Assembly: GCA_048882485.1 (NCBI GenBank)
Contig: JBHLRP010000002.1
Coordinates: forward strand, 102,527 to 166,526
Direction of reading: 5' to 3'
Source of the DNA: Candidatus Thorarchaeota archaeon
GTDB taxonomy: Archaea; Asgardarchaeota; Thorarchaeia; Thorarchaeales; Thorarchaeaceae
Length of the DNA: 64,000 nucleotides
Shown here piece by piece: positions 19,958 through 31,007 of the stretch. The notes under the pieces were generated by a model. That model was not told where the DNA came from and ran no database searches. It saw nothing but the letters and a program-made list of their open reading frames with translations. Both the position numbers and the translations under genes were made by a program. Numbering within the stretch: position 1 is the first letter of the stretch; each line of letters starts with the position of its first letter.

Positions 19958-22900
19958 ATGAGGAAAGGTGCAATCATCAGTCTATCACTTGTAATCCTAT
20001 TCTTCCTACCATCTGTCATACCCATGGATGGTTCATCTGTGCCGGCTGCGGTGATACCAACTCCGTTTGATGGTCAAGGACTCTTAGCAGACAGCTCAGG
20101 GCCATATACAGGCAAGGGTGGAGCTCTGGATGTAACATATCAAGGCACATTCACAACAAACGCTTCTACCTGGAGTGCCAATGGACAAAGCTATGCGGCA
20201 GACTATAGTCTTGGGACATCCTTCTCAGTTCAGAATGCAAGTACAGTCACTTGGACTGCCTATGTTTCAGTTTCCCCGCCAGCAGAAGTGGAAGATGTCA
20301 GTTTCTCAGTGGACTATCCACGCTTAGAGTGGATTCCTACCGCAGTGACAGACCCACTTGGTGTGTCCAAGACTAATCCGGTAGATTGGACCTGCTCTCT
20401 GGGAGTACTAACAGTTTCGTCAACTGCTGTCGTGACCTACGGCTTATGGAAGATCGAGTTCCTAGGCGGCAACCATCTATATGATATGCAGTTCGATTTG
20501 GGAGGAGGAGTGGAGGCCACAACAGCCACTTACGACATAGGACAAGATATGGAGATTAAGGGCGTTTCATCCTTCATCAACGGTGGGACTTCCCAGCTTG
20601 TTTTGACTGACCCAACAGGAACGGTCTGGCAAACGATGACAGACACAACCTCAGGATTCAGCAGCCATGTCATACCCTCGTTCCAATACAAGAAGGACAT
20701 TACAATCAATCAAGCTGCGGTGGGTGCAGACTTAGATTACTTCCCAGTGATGGTTAGCCTAATCGATACGGGCTTGCATAATCATGCTCAGTCCAGTGGC
20801 AATGACATCGTGTTCGTTCAGAACGGGCTAGTTCTCGACCATGAAATAGAGATTTACAATCCAACCTATTCTCCTACCGAAGCCCAACTTATTGCGTGGG
20901 TAAAAGCGAATGTTTCGGGCAGTGTTGACACTGTCATTTCCATGTATTATGGCAACCCAATAGTGGGGCCGCTAGAGAATCCAACAGCGGTCTGGACTCA
21001 GAACTACGGTGCAGTGTATCATCTTGGAGAGAGTGCCACTGATGAAGGTACAAGCGCAGTTCATTATGACTCAACAAGCAATTCGTATTATGGAAATCAG
21101 ACTGGGAATGCGGGTGCTCCAGGATTGGTAAGCGGCAGCCAAGATTTCGATGGAATAGATGACAAGGTGGTAGTGGACTCATCTCTTGGCTTTGATCCCA
21201 CTGGCGACCTGACGATTTCGGGATGGTTCAATCTCGATAGCACATTCACTTCTAGTTCAGGAACATCGCAGGTGCTTATGGCCAAGTACTTGACAAATGA
21301 TGACGACATGCACATTGCACTTGCAGGAACTGATTATAGTCAAGCTACAATGACGAAAGGCTCATTGGTCTTTAAGATGGAGAACAATAATGCCCAGAAA
21401 TACAAATGTACACAGAGAATCACCTGGGGTAGCTCAAATTGGTTCTACTTCGCTGCTACAGTAGACGCGGATACACCAAACAACAACCAGATCTACATCA
21501 ACGGACTTCTAGACACAAACGCAACGAGTGTTGCAGGAGGCGCGTCATATGGCAATCTGACCTTCTCAGCAGACTGGGAGATTGGAGGAGGATTCACTGA
21601 TGGACAGATTCCGGGTGGGCAAGGTTTCTTCGATGGCGTAATGGATGAGGTTCGCATCTCGACAACACTTCGTTCAGGGGCATGGCTTCTGGCTGAGTAC
21701 TATAATCTGGCCTTGCCCGGGTCGTTCTATTCAATAGGTAGCGAAAGTGAGCGTTCAGTTGTTGCTCCCAAATTCACAAAAGCAATAGATGCGACAGCAA
21801 TAGCTGGTCTTTGGACAGCATACGTTCATTACAATGACAGCGGTGCTTCCGTGGACCACCGAGTTGGAGAATACCAGAGAGAGTTCATAGTTCAGCATAA
21901 CTCGACTCTTACTATTGATTCGCCCACCGGAATTGCCACAAAGGTTGTGGGAGATCTCCTATACATAGCTGTGAATCTGACAGACGATATCACGGCTGGT
22001 TTCGTCAGTGGCGCAACCGTGACTGCAAACTGGACAGATACGGGAACGCCAATAATAGTATCCTTAGAAGACTATGGGGATGGTAGATACGGCAAGGTTC
22101 TGAACACTTCTGATCTCCAGGATAACAGGCGCTGGCGAATCGACATTCAGTCTTCCCATCCTTATTACAATGATGCGTCCGCTTTCTTCAATCTTGACCT
22201 TATTCATGATACGACTCTAGCTTATGATTCTCTGACAACAACTCCAGTGGGATGGAGGCTCGAAGTGAGTCTGCTCTATAAGGACACGTTTGATGGGTCA
22301 CCAATCTCCGGAGCTACAATCAAGTTCTCAAATGGCACCTTAGCTAATGTTGTCTGGGCTGGTGGAGGGCGATATAATCTTTCCCTATCCTCATTCGGAC
22401 TTAGCAAAGGAAACCACATGTTCTCTTTCGTTGCTGAACCACCAAGCTCCTACCTTGCTGACGGAACTGTGGATGTGACTTTCACAATTCGAGCACACCA
22501 AACCGCAGTTTCAGTTTCTGGAGATTTATTGGTGCCATTCGGTGAGGATACCCCTCTAACAATACAATTGATAGACTTGGATAATCAGACCATAGTGCCT
22601 ATTGGGAGCGTTTCCGATTTCACATTCACAACCTCAAGCTATGGAGTCCAGACTGATAACTCACCTGCGGATTATCTCTTCACGCTCGTATCAAACGGCT
22701 GGTCAATAACACCTTCAGAGTCTGTCACGCTATCGGTGACATTATCGGACTCGAATTATATCGTTCCTGATGACCACGTTTTCAGCATTGAGATTCGAGC
22801 GCATTACACATCTGTTAGCGTGTCTGGAGACCTTGGCAAACCCTTGGGCAACAACACGCCAATAACCGTAGTCTTAACCGACTTGGATACTGGTTCTCAG

Positions 22901-25900
22901 ATAGCCATTGGGAACGTTGCCTCCTTTTCATTTGCCTCCAGCTACGGAACTCAGGATGAGAATTCGCTTTCTTCATTCGACGTCACATTGTCAACTTCTG
23001 GCTGGGCCGTCGGCAGCACAACGGTCACGCTAACTGTGGCTATGTCAAGTTCGAATTACTTTGCGCCTGCTGCTTATGATTTTGATGTAGTGATCGAGAG
23101 CCTTACTATCTACATGTATCATGAACCGAGTAATCTGAGGTTTTCAACTGGCCAGGACTTCCTCGTGTTCTTGAGAGTAAATGTCAGTGAACCAGGACCA
23201 AGCTACGGAAGTCCGGTCCAAAGTCTTATTCAAGGCGAGTTCTTAGTACCAGGATATTCCATCTCCATCGACACAACTGACCAATCGATTGGCAGATATG
23301 GTCTCACAATCTCAGCTGCGAGTTTCAGTGACGGCTATCACACCATCACGGTCTATCTTGATCCCTCCAGTGCTAACTATGCCAGCACGACTCTGGTGAT
23401 CACATTTAGATATGAACCAGGTCTGGCTGCTTTGTCATCACCAAGCTATCCTCAAATCACAACACCCTTCGGAACAGATGTCCAGATTTCACTCACCTAT
23501 GAGGACGCTGATAGCGGTACGCCTATCACCGGAGCTACAATCGGTGGTGATATTGCCACTTATACTCAGAATTACACTGCAGGTGTATATACAATTTGGA
23601 TTGATGTAGCAGGATATACTGAGGGTTCACATCAGTTCACATTGTGGGCTGATGAAGCGAATTACCAGAATAAGACCCTCACCTTCACATTGGTCATTCG
23701 AAACGCCTTCACCTATGCATTGCCTAGTGTAGGTGCCCTTGACATTCCTTTAGGTAATGATCCTATCTTCACAGTAGACTATCACGACATAGACAATGAC
23801 GTTCCAGTATCGAACGTATCAAGTGATGTTACAGTCGTTTCTAGCTGGGGTAGCTTCGATGTTGTTTACCTTTCTGGACCGGGGCTGTATGAAATCACAT
23901 TCAACACAGTTGACACGGACACTCTGGTTCAGAACCTAGTTGTCACTTTCACCTTCTCAAGACCAAACTATCAGGATGGAGCCTTCACAATTTCAGTTAC
24001 TATTCGTCCTCACAACACTGATTTCAGACTCGTAAGCGCAGTTGATCCGACAACTTTCAATGGAATCATCAATATTTCATTGTACTATGGCGACATCGAC
24101 AATGCCATTGGAATTGAGCCGCTTGGGAGTCTAACGATTACTGCAGTGAATGATTCAGGTCCTGTTTTGTTCAGCACTATCGATGAAGGGGGAGGGTTCT
24201 ACACAGTACAAATTGCTGCAAACCAATTCGATCAGGGACTCCATACCTTTAACATCACTTTCAGCTGGTCTGGCCCAATTCAGAAATATCAGACAAAATG
24301 GCTTGAAGTCACTGCAAATGTGATTGGTGAGGATTCCCGCCTTACAATCATGGCCGCCTCAGAGCCAACTGCCTATCTCGGCATGATGAGCTACATATTC
24401 TTCTACAGCGACCAAGGAGGAGTTGGCATTACGAACGACACATTCAATGTTCATATCTCGGTGTCCTTCCAAGGAATTTCTGTAGATCTAGGACAGGTGA
24501 GTATTCAGGAGATAAATAGCATATCTCAACCCGGCAACTACTCGATTGACTTCAATACCACCATCTTCCCTGGGACTGGGCTATATTACATGAATGTCTA
24601 CATTAATTGGACTGAGGGTGTAGCTCCATTCTACACCAACCGTTTCGATGTAATTTCTGTACGAGTACTACCTCGTGACACACTGGTGTCTGTAACGCCT
24701 CCATCACCTACATACTATGGCGAAACCGCATGGTTCATTTTCACCTTTGATGATGTGACTGGAGGAAGCAATGTTCCCATTGCGGATGATCCCGCATTAG
24801 ATATAACAATAAGTCTTCTAGGCTACAGTGTCAACTACTTGTCTGGAACGAAACAGTTCAATGTGAGCTTTGACACGAGTCTGCTTGGTGCACCCTTGGG
24901 ATCAAGGCCTTTCACTTTGGATGTCACGTGGGCTGGTGCACCATTCTATACAAACCGTACAGGTCGCACAATCTCTATTGTTCTCTTGGCACGCCTAACG
25001 GTTCTAGATTATCAAGCTCCAGCACCTACACCGTACCAAGACAACGTCACATTCACTGTGACTTGGACAGATGTAACGAATGTCGCATCAGGGATATCTA
25101 TTGATACACTTGTGCTGTATGATGTTGCAACTCCAATTCCCTATCCTACATTTTACTCTTGGACTTCACTAGGAAATGGTCAGTATGAAATCACGGTCAA
25201 TACGACCTACTATACTGATCCAGGGTTCTATAATCTGATAGTTGAACTCACATCCGCTGACTTCTTCATCTCAGATGTGAGTGCATCTCGGGTGTTCAAC
25301 GTTAGGCAACGAGTGACACTTCTATCTGCAGAACCCACTGATAGGTTACCATACAACTCTACACTACAATTTGTCCTGAACTATCAAGATCTATTGACCC
25401 TAGGAGTCATCGGCAACGGCTCGGGTCTGGTAACCTTCGAGATTCTGAATTCATCTACCTGGTACTACTCAATATCCTGGAATGCGGTCCTCAAGCAATA
25501 CGACTTCACGGTGGAAACATACAATCATCCCACTCTGGCCATTGATACTCCTTACGCATTGGAAGTCAGAATGACCTATGCAAACGTGGCTCCATTCTAT
25601 GGTGCCGATACTGCATACATCCTGTTTGAGTTGAGATCCAGGTCCTCAAAGCTTGTACTTCAAGATACTCCTGAATCAACTCCATATTTGGACTATGCAA
25701 ACTTTACAATCTTCTATAGAGACCTTGATGCTGCAGGTTCAGTTGGAATTGTCGCTGATAGCATTGAAGTATACAAAGGCGCGATACCACTTACCCAAGG
25801 CACAGACTATTTGGTATCGAACCTCGGCTTGGGAGTCTACTTGCTATCTGTAAACACGACTGCTCTAGATGGTCTTGGCGCAACGGTGCTAGATGTCTTT

Positions 25901-28900
25901 GCCAATTGGAATCCTCTGAATAGGCCATATCATGATGATGCTGATATTGGCGTTTCAGTGGTGACAACCGAGCGAGATGCCGACGTACAGATTCTAGTTC
26001 CTCCATCACAGACCCAATATTGGGACAATGTGACACTGACCTTTGCATACTTTGATCTTGGCAGAGGTGTAGAAATCACCGGCATAACAGCCTCAAACAT
26101 TGAAGTGTGGGCGGAGGGTGCGCTTCTTGCTACAGGAGACTTCATACTGACTCCTATCGGACCCAACTTCCAGCTGGAAGTCAACTCCTCTGTCTTGAGC
26201 CCGACTTTGGTTAGCGGCTTTAATCTGACAATTTTCGTTGACTGGAATAATCTCGCTGCACCGTATTATCTCGATGATTCAACACTAGTCAGAGTCACTC
26301 TTGTTGGAAGGAGAATGACGTTTTCAGCTGACCCCATTGGCGATGCTGACCTTGGAGGCCTCTTGAACATCACATTCCGTCTTTTTGATCAAGATCAAGG
26401 ATGGCTTATAGCAGGTGCTATAATCTCCTTTGATGGTCAGACTGTTTCTCTGACGCTTGGAGTGAATTATTGGGTAAATGACGTGGGCGGAGTATATACC
26501 ATAAGTGTCGACACGCTAGCATTAGGCAGTCCCGGTCCTTACAAGTTTGATTTGGATATTGCGTGGAATCCTGGCACAGCCCCATTCTATAGCGCCCTCG
26601 CAGCAATTGAATTGACCGGTGTCGTTCGAGAGATAGACACCGATTTGACATTGCTTAGTCCCGCCACGGGGATTGTTGAAGTCTATTGGCAAGACCAGGC
26701 GTACGTTGATGTTTCCTTCGATGACCTGTTCAATCTAGTTACTATACCCGGAGCAATAGTAAGGTATGATTCAGGAATAGCAAATGGTTTCTTTGATGAA
26801 TCCATTGTCACTCCTGGGACTTACAATGCCTTTATTTCGACAGAAAATGCCACCACTGGAACTCATGTTGTATCTATAACTGCGAGCCTAGCCAATTATG
26901 AAACTGCCATAACATATGTTACCATTATCGTAAAGGCACTGCCGTCAGAGATGATTCCAATTTCCCCAGTATCTGGACAGGATTTCATCAGTAGAGGGAG
27001 CGCCATAGAAATAACCATCTATCTGCGAGATGACTACATTACACTCGCACCTATAGTAGACTCCAGAGTGCTATCCGTATTGGCGAATTTTGAAGGAGTT
27101 GACTATCCAGTTGTCTACAACGGCACAGTAGGATATTACGAGCTTCTCATACCCGCAGATGGCCCAACCATTCTTGACATTGGGACTTACAATGTCCGGG
27201 TCACTGCGACCTTCAACTTCTATGACCCTGCAACGTATCTGTTCAGAGTTACACTGACTCAATCAGCTACCGAGCTTAGGTTCACAGGAACCACAGCAGA
27301 GGATATGTCACGTGTTTACACTCAAAGTGTCAATTTCTCAGTCATGCTGGTTCTACCTGATTTTGGAGATGCCCTATTCTATAATTCTACTATCACGTGG
27401 TCCGTTGTTGGTACTAGTTTGTCTGGAACATTAGCAAATCCACGAACAGGCTATTATTCAAAGATTGTCGATACCACCACTATTGGATACGGTATCTGGC
27501 CTATATCCATTAGAGCAAGAACATGGGCCAATGCATCAGAGTTTGCGGACACATCCATACAACTCACACTGACAATAACGAGGATCCCAACGACTGTGAT
27601 TCGTCCTGGGAATCTTGATGTCTATTGGGGATGGAGTGGAAATATAGAGTTTATCTACTCCGCGGGTTCGTTCGGCAATGTAACAGGTGCTAATGCACCA
27701 TTCACATGGGACGTAGTGAGTGGGAATGCAACTGGAGGGCCAAATGGTCGGTATTTTGTATTCGTTAACACTTCACTTGTTACCCCAGGATTCTATACCC
27801 TGAGTCTCACACTCAGCAAGGAGAACTACCAAGAGGGACCCGCATCAATATTGATTAGAGTCCTAGAAGTGCCCACATCAATCTTCGTAGACTCGGTCGT
27901 CTATACTCCAGCATATGCAGGAGAATTACTCTCCATGACTGATCTACAGATTCCTCTTGGCGAGTCAATGGTCATCGATTTATGGTATAATGACACTGAT
28001 GACTCCGAAGGGTATCTTGGAGGACTACCCGGAGCATTTGCTACAGCTAACAGCTTCCTTAGAGGCCCGACAATAGACACACCACTGAATGTTTCATTGG
28101 TTGATTTGGGGCTTGGACTGTATCGAATAACATTTGACACAACAGACCCGGATATCGCAGCTATTGTCACAGACGAGCCATACAGGTTCTACATCGAAAT
28201 GGACCTGGAGAATCGTAGAATTGCTGAGATACTGATTAGAATCGTCGTCATCGATATTCCAACTGAGCTGACTGTCATTGATGATGTACCTGACGAGATA
28301 ATCAATGGTGATACGATCGTCTTTGAGATATTTCTCAATGATACTTGGCATAATGTGGGGCTTGCAGGACAAGATATTGTGCTAACAAGTGAAGGCGGCC
28401 TGCAAGGTGCAGTAGGATTGAATTGGGAGGATATGGGCAATGGGTACTACCGTATCACTCTGAGTACTGGCGGATTTATGAATGCGGGCGCTGGCTTTGT
28501 CACAATTAATGTCGAAATTCCGGGTTATGCTCCTATGACTACAAATGTTTTGCTATCGATTTTGCCGAGTGAAACCGACAGAATGTTTCAATCGGTACTC
28601 CTCTATGGCCTCCCACTAAGTTTAATGCTATTCATTTTGCTTGGCGCTTACATTAGGGTATGGAGTGTGCCGAAGAAACTTAGGCAAATCAACGGCCAGA
28701 TCAAGAAGCTCCGGAAGGGGAAAGTGCCTGAACCAATAGCGGATGTGAAAAGCCGTCGAGAATTGATTGCAGATCTCTTCAATAACACCTTTGGCGAATT
28801 GCAACTCACACGAGTAGCATCTCAGATGCCAGAGGAGTCAGTTCCTATCGAGATACCAGAAATGGGTGACCTTCTCATTCAACTTGCTATACTGACAAAT

Positions 28901-29365
28901 CTTGATGCTGATGAGCTCGATGAGTTCAAGGCTGACATCTCAAAGATGAAAATCAGTGAGCAAGCGGCATTTGTGCGAGAGGTCATTGAACAGGAAGCAG
29001 TTAGAGCTGCTCGGCGTGAAGGAAAAACAGTTGAAGAGATTCTTGAGCAAATTGCTGATCAAGCTGCTCGCCAACTTGAAGGAGTCGAGGAAGAAATCCC
29101 TGCACCGCAGATCTTGGATGTGGAGCCAGAAGTGGCTGAAGAAGTGGCGGAGCCAATTGTCAGTAAGCCGGAGGAAGCCGAAGAGATGATTGAAGTCATT
29201 ATGGATGATCGACTCAGCTTATTTGAGATTGAGGACATTAAGTTGGAGCTTGTCCGTCGTGGTGTTCCTGCTCACGAAATCGATATTATCATTAAACAGG
29301 TCAAGGACCTGCCACGAGAATTGGTGGACGAGTTGATTGAGAGCGTAGATCGAAACGACAAGTAG
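19958..29365 (+). CDS. Giant type-I membrane surface protein 2 (about 3135 aa; paralog of protein 1 with one DUF2341 + LamG module)
   Basis: Signal peptide MRKGAIISLSLVILFFL; FDGVMDEVR LamG motif; collinear with protein 1 (AYTYAIPSVGALDIP vs AFTYALPSVGALDIP, HNTDFRLVSA in both); TM followed by RVWSVPK. Confidence 0.88.
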   Translation: MRKGAIISLSLVILFFLPSVIPMDGSSVPAAVIPTPFDGQGLLADSSGPYTGKGGALDVTYQGTFTTNASTWSANGQSYAADYSLGTSFSVQNASTVTWTAYVSVSPPAEVEDVSFSVDYPRLEWIPTAVTDPLGVSKTNPVDWTCSLGVLTVSSTAVVTYGLWKIEFLGGNHLYDMQFDLGGGVEATTATYDIGQDMEIKGVSSFINGGTSQLVLTDPTGTVWQTMTDTTSGFSSHVIPSFQYKKDITINQAAVGADLDYFPVMVSLIDTGLHNHAQSSGNDIVFVQNGLVLDHEIEIYNPTYSPTEAQLIAWVKANVSGSVDTVISMYYGNPIVGPLENPTAVWTQNYGAVYHLGESATDEGTSAVHYDSTSNSYYGNQTGNAGAPGLVSGSQDFDGIDDKVVVDSSLGFDPTGDLTISGWFNLDSTFTSSSGTSQVLMAKYLTNDDDMHIALAGTDYSQATMTKGSLVFKMENNNAQKYKCTQRITWGSSNWFYFAATVDADTPNNNQIYINGLLDTNATSVAGGASYGNLTFSADWEIGGGFTDGQIPGGQGFFDGVMDEVRISTTLRSGAWLLAEYYNLALPGSFYSIGSESERSVVAPKFTKAIDATAIAGLWTAYVHYNDSGASVDHRVGEYQREFIVQHNSTLTIDSPTGIATKVVGDLLYIAVNLTDDITAGFVSGATVTANWTDTGTPIIVSLEDYGDGRYGKVLNTSDLQDNRRWRIDIQSSHPYYNDASAFFNLDLIHDTTLAYDSLTTTPVGWRLEVSLLYKDTFDGSPISGATIKFSNGTLANVVWAGGGRYNLSLSSFGLSKGNHMFSFVAEPPSSYLADGTVDVTFTIRAHQTAVSVSGDLLVPFGEDTPLTIQLIDLDNQTIVPIGSVSDFTFTTSSYGVQTDNSPADYLFTLVSNGWSITPSESVTLSVTLSDSNYIVPDDHVFSIEIRAHYTSVSVSGDLGKPLGNNTPITVVLTDLDTGSQIAIGNVASFSFASSYGTQDENSLSSFDVTLSTSGWAVGSTTVTLTVAMSSSNYFAPAAYDFDVVIESLTIYMYHEPSNLRFSTGQDFLVFLRVNVSEPGPSYGSPVQSLIQGEFLVPGYSISIDTTDQSIGRYGLTISAASFSDGYHTITVYLDPSSANYASTTLVITFRYEPGLAALSSPSYPQITTPFGTDVQISLTYEDADSGTPITGATIGGDIATYTQNYTAGVYTIWIDVAGYTEGSHQFTLWADEANYQNKTLTFTLVIRNAFTYALPSVGALDIPLGNDPIFTVDYHDIDNDVPVSNVSSDVTVVSSWGSFDVVYLSGPGLYEITFNTVDTDTLVQNLVVTFTFSRPNYQDGAFTISVTIRPHNTDFRLVSAVDPTTFNGIINISLYYGDIDNAIGIEPLGSLTITAVNDSGPVLFSTIDEGGGFYTVQIAANQFDQGLHTFNITFSWSGPIQKYQTKWLEVTANVIGEDSRLTIMAASEPTAYLGMMSYIFFYSDQGGVGITNDTFNVHISVSFQGISVDLGQVSIQEINSISQPGNYSIDFNTTIFPGTGLYYMNVYINWTEGVAPFYTNRFDVISVRVLPRDTLVSVTPPSPTYYGETAWFIFTFDDVTGGSNVPIADDPALDITISLLGYSVNYLSGTKQFNVSFDTSLLGAPLGSRPFTLDVTWAGAPFYTNRTGRTISIVLLARLTVLDYQAPAPTPYQDNVTFTVTWTDVTNVASGISIDTLVLYDVATPIPYPTFYSWTSLGNGQYEITVNTTYYTDPGFYNLIVELTSADFFISDVSASRVFNVRQRVTLLSAEPTDRLPYNSTLQFVLNYQDLLTLGVIGNGSGLVTFEILNSSTWYYSISWNAVLKQYDFTVETYNHPTLAIDTPYALEVRMTYANVAPFYGADTAYILFELRSRSSKLVLQDTPESTPYLDYANFTIFYRDLDAAGSVGIVADSIEVYKGAIPLTQGTDYLVSNLGLGVYLLSVNTTALDGLGATVLDVFANWNPLNRPYHDDADIGVSVVTTERDADVQILVPPSQTQYWDNVTLTFAYFDLGRGVEITGITASNIEVWAEGALLATGDFILTPIGPNFQLEVNSSVLSPTLVSGFNLTIFVDWNNLAAPYYLDDSTLVRVTLVGRRMTFSADPIGDADLGGLLNITFRLFDQDQGWLIAGAIISFDGQTVSLTLGVNYWVNDVGGVYTISVDTLALGSPGPYKFDLDIAWNPGTAPFYSALAAIELTGVVREIDTDLTLLSPATGIVEVYWQDQAYVDVSFDDLFNLVTIPGAIVRYDSGIANGFFDESIVTPGTYNAFISTENATTGTHVVSITASLANYETAITYVTIIVKALPSEMIPISPVSGQDFISRGSAIEITIYLRDDYITLAPIVDSRVLSVLANFEGVDYPVVYNGTVGYYELLIPADGPTILDIGTYNVRVTATFNFYDPATYLFRVTLTQSATELRFTGTTAEDMSRVYTQSVNFSVMLVLPDFGDALFYNSTITWSVVGTSLSGTLANPRTGYYSKIVDTTTIGYGIWPISIRARTWANASEFADTSIQLTLTITRIPTTVIRPGNLDVYWGWSGNIEFIYSAGSFGNVTGANAPFTWDVVSGNATGGPNGRYFVFVNTSLVTPGFYTLSLTLSKENYQEGPASILIRVLEVPTSIFVDSVVYTPAYAGELLSMTDLQIPLGESMVIDLWYNDTDDSEGYLGGLPGAFATANSFLRGPTIDTPLNVSLVDLGLGLYRITFDTTDPDIAAIVTDEPYRFYIEMDLENRRIAEILIRIVVIDIPTELTVIDDVPDEIINGDTIVFEIFLNDTWHNVGLAGQDIVLTSEGGLQGAVGLNWEDMGNGYYRITLSTGGFMNAGAGFVTINVEIPGYAPMTTNVLLSILPSETDRMFQSVLLYGLPLSLMLFILLGAYIRVWSVPKKLRQINGQIKKLRKGKVPEPIADVKSRRELIADLFNNTFGELQLTRVASQMPEESVPIEIPEMGDLLIQLAILTNLDADELDEFKADISKMKISEQAAFVREVIEQEAVRAARREGKTVEEILEQIADQAARQLEGVEEEIPAPQILDVEPEVAEEVAEPIVSKPEEAEEMIEVIMDDRLSLFEIEDIKLELVRRGVPAHEIDIIIKQVKDLPRELVDELIESVDRNDK

Positions 29366-29369
29366 ACTA

Positions 29370-30146
29370 TCAATCCACTTTCCCGTTTTCCTCTGTGTTG
29401 AGGAAATGAGAGAGTGGGAGAGTGGTGCCAGATGCAACCGGCTTTGTCCTAGAGGCTCGTCTGACTGGATACTGTGGATGCTTTGACAAGGTGTACTTGA
29501 TATACATCTTGGACTCCTCTACATGCACATGCACCTGCGCGCAGCTGGCTAGCGCCTTGCCTCCTGCAGGAGTCCTAGCGCTTCTTGGTGATGATGGTGC
29601 TGAGATTACTGTGGCTATTCCCCTCTGTAGGGTGAATGTCATTAGATTGGTCGCCATGTGTGTGAGTTGTTGGAGTCCCTCCCCTGTTAGCCCTTCTGAG
29701 ATGTACAGGTCCGGAAGTCCAGTCACGATGAGAAGTCTCGCACGGACTCTATCGAAGAAAGACTTGAGCTGGTCCATCACAAGGTCGTACGTCTGAGACG
29801 CATTGAATGCTCGAGAGATATAGATTCTGTCCATTGCATCCTCTGGCTCAAGTCCGAGGTCGAACGCGTGGTCACTGATTCTCTCAATCTTAATCATATT
29901 GGCACTATCGATAATTATCGTTGGGCTGTCTGCACCGCCTCTGTCATTAGGGAGTTGAGCCTGAACTGCAAAACGGAGTAGGTCATCATGAAGACTACGT
30001 GAGCCGTAGAATAGGTGTGTGAGGCCCATCTCAATACCACCCCCGAGTAAGTTATCGATTGAAACGTAGCCACTGCTCATTCTTCGTCTCTCCACCTTGT
30101 CCGCAGTGAAAAACCCTGGTCTTATCTTGGATTCCGCGCCCTTCAT
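29370..30146 (-). CDS. RadA/Rad51-family paralog with degenerate ATPase motifs
   Basis: SSG...IDNLLGGGIEMG.TH.FYG, PEDAMDRIYISRAFN and PAGGKALA match the RadA core, but the Walker A GKT is absent. ATG 30146 chosen as start. Confidence 0.8.
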   Translation of the reverse strand: MKGAESKIRPGFFTADKVERRRMSSGYVSIDNLLGGGIEMGLTHLFYGSRSLHDDLLRFAVQAQLPNDRGGADSPTIIIDSANMIKIERISDHAFDLGLEPEDAMDRIYISRAFNASQTYDLVMDQLKSFFDRVRARLLIVTGLPDLYISEGLTGEGLQQLTHMATNLMTFTLQRGIATVISAPSSPRSARTPAGGKALASCAQVHVHVEESKMYIKYTLSKHPQYPVRRASRTKPVASGTTLPLSHFLNTEENGKVD

Positions 30147-30261
30147 CTCACACTCGTCCTCCGCTCGAGCGTTTTTATCCACCCCCAAAAAACGCGGGTG
30201 CAGTTGCCATTCACTTTAAATGTCATCCCCGCATATGTATGTTCTCAGGCCGGGAGGAATC

Positions 30262-30465
30262 ATGGATAAAACGCAGAAAATCAGAGTATGCCCCCGTTGT
30301 GGGAATTCCCAAATACGAGAGGCGAAGACCTCTGTAAGTGGCTGGCTGGTTCCAAAGACCTACTACTGTTCAAATGAGGAGTGCGGCTATTCCGGTTCCG
30401 TCTTTGTCGAAATAGAGGCGGATGAAGCCGACAAGTTCAGGCGTGCGATCAATGGCGACAAGTGA
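30262..30465 (+). CDS. Small zinc-ribbon protein
   Basis: CPRCG...CSNEECGY; ATG 30262 preceded by GGGAGG. Confidence 0.75.
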   Translation: MDKTQKIRVCPRCGNSQIREAKTSVSGWLVPKTYYCSNEECGYSGSVFVEIEADEADKFRRAINGDK

Positions 30466-30535
30466 GAAAATAGCTATCTGAACGAAGCAATAGACTCAAA
30501 AGTGGGCAAGGAACATCCTGCACCGGTGACTACTA

Positions 30536-30961
30536 TTGGTTACGTACGAAGGTTTTGAGTGGCCTGACGATCTGTTCTACACTGAAGACCAGATCTGGTT
30601 GAAGAAGGAGGACGGAAAGGTCCGCCTTGGATTTACCACTTTCGGCATGGACTTGGCTGGGAAGATCAAATTCGTACGCCTACGACCTGCTGGCAAAGCC
30701 ATCAAGGCTGGCCGCAGTATTGGCACTCTTGAGTCAGGGAAGTGGACCGGGCCTGTCAAGTCCCCAGTTACTGGGACCATCGCAGAGGTCAATGATGCGC
30801 TGAAAGACAATCCTGGACTGCTCAACGATGACCCATATGGTGCAGGTTGGGTGGCAGTGATTGAGCCAGAGGATCTAGACGGTGAGATTGGTACTCTTCA
30901 GGGAGGAGCCGGTCTCGAGGACTGGGTCAAGAAGGACTATGCCGAGAAGAAGGCTCAATAG
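30536..30961 (+). CDS. gcvH: Glycine cleavage H-like lipoyl-carrier protein
   Basis: LESGKW (lipoyl Lys), SPVTGTIAEVN, NDDPYGAGW. Confidence 0.88.
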   Translation: MVTYEGFEWPDDLFYTEDQIWLKKEDGKVRLGFTTFGMDLAGKIKFVRLRPAGKAIKAGRSIGTLESGKWTGPVKSPVTGTIAEVNDALKDNPGLLNDDPYGAGWVAVIEPEDLDGEIGTLQGGAGLEDWVKKDYAEKKAQ

Positions 30962-30975
30962 ATTAGGAACGAAAC

Positions 30976-31001
30976 TGTGGTGCCGGAATCCCCGGCCCAC
31001 A
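30976..31001. terminator. GC-rich hairpin between convergent gcvH and cdc6-like genes
   Basis: TGTGG-T-GCCGG AATCC CCGGC-CCACA, followed on + by a pyrimidine-rich stretch. Confidence 0.5.
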
Positions 31002-31007
31002 ATCACT

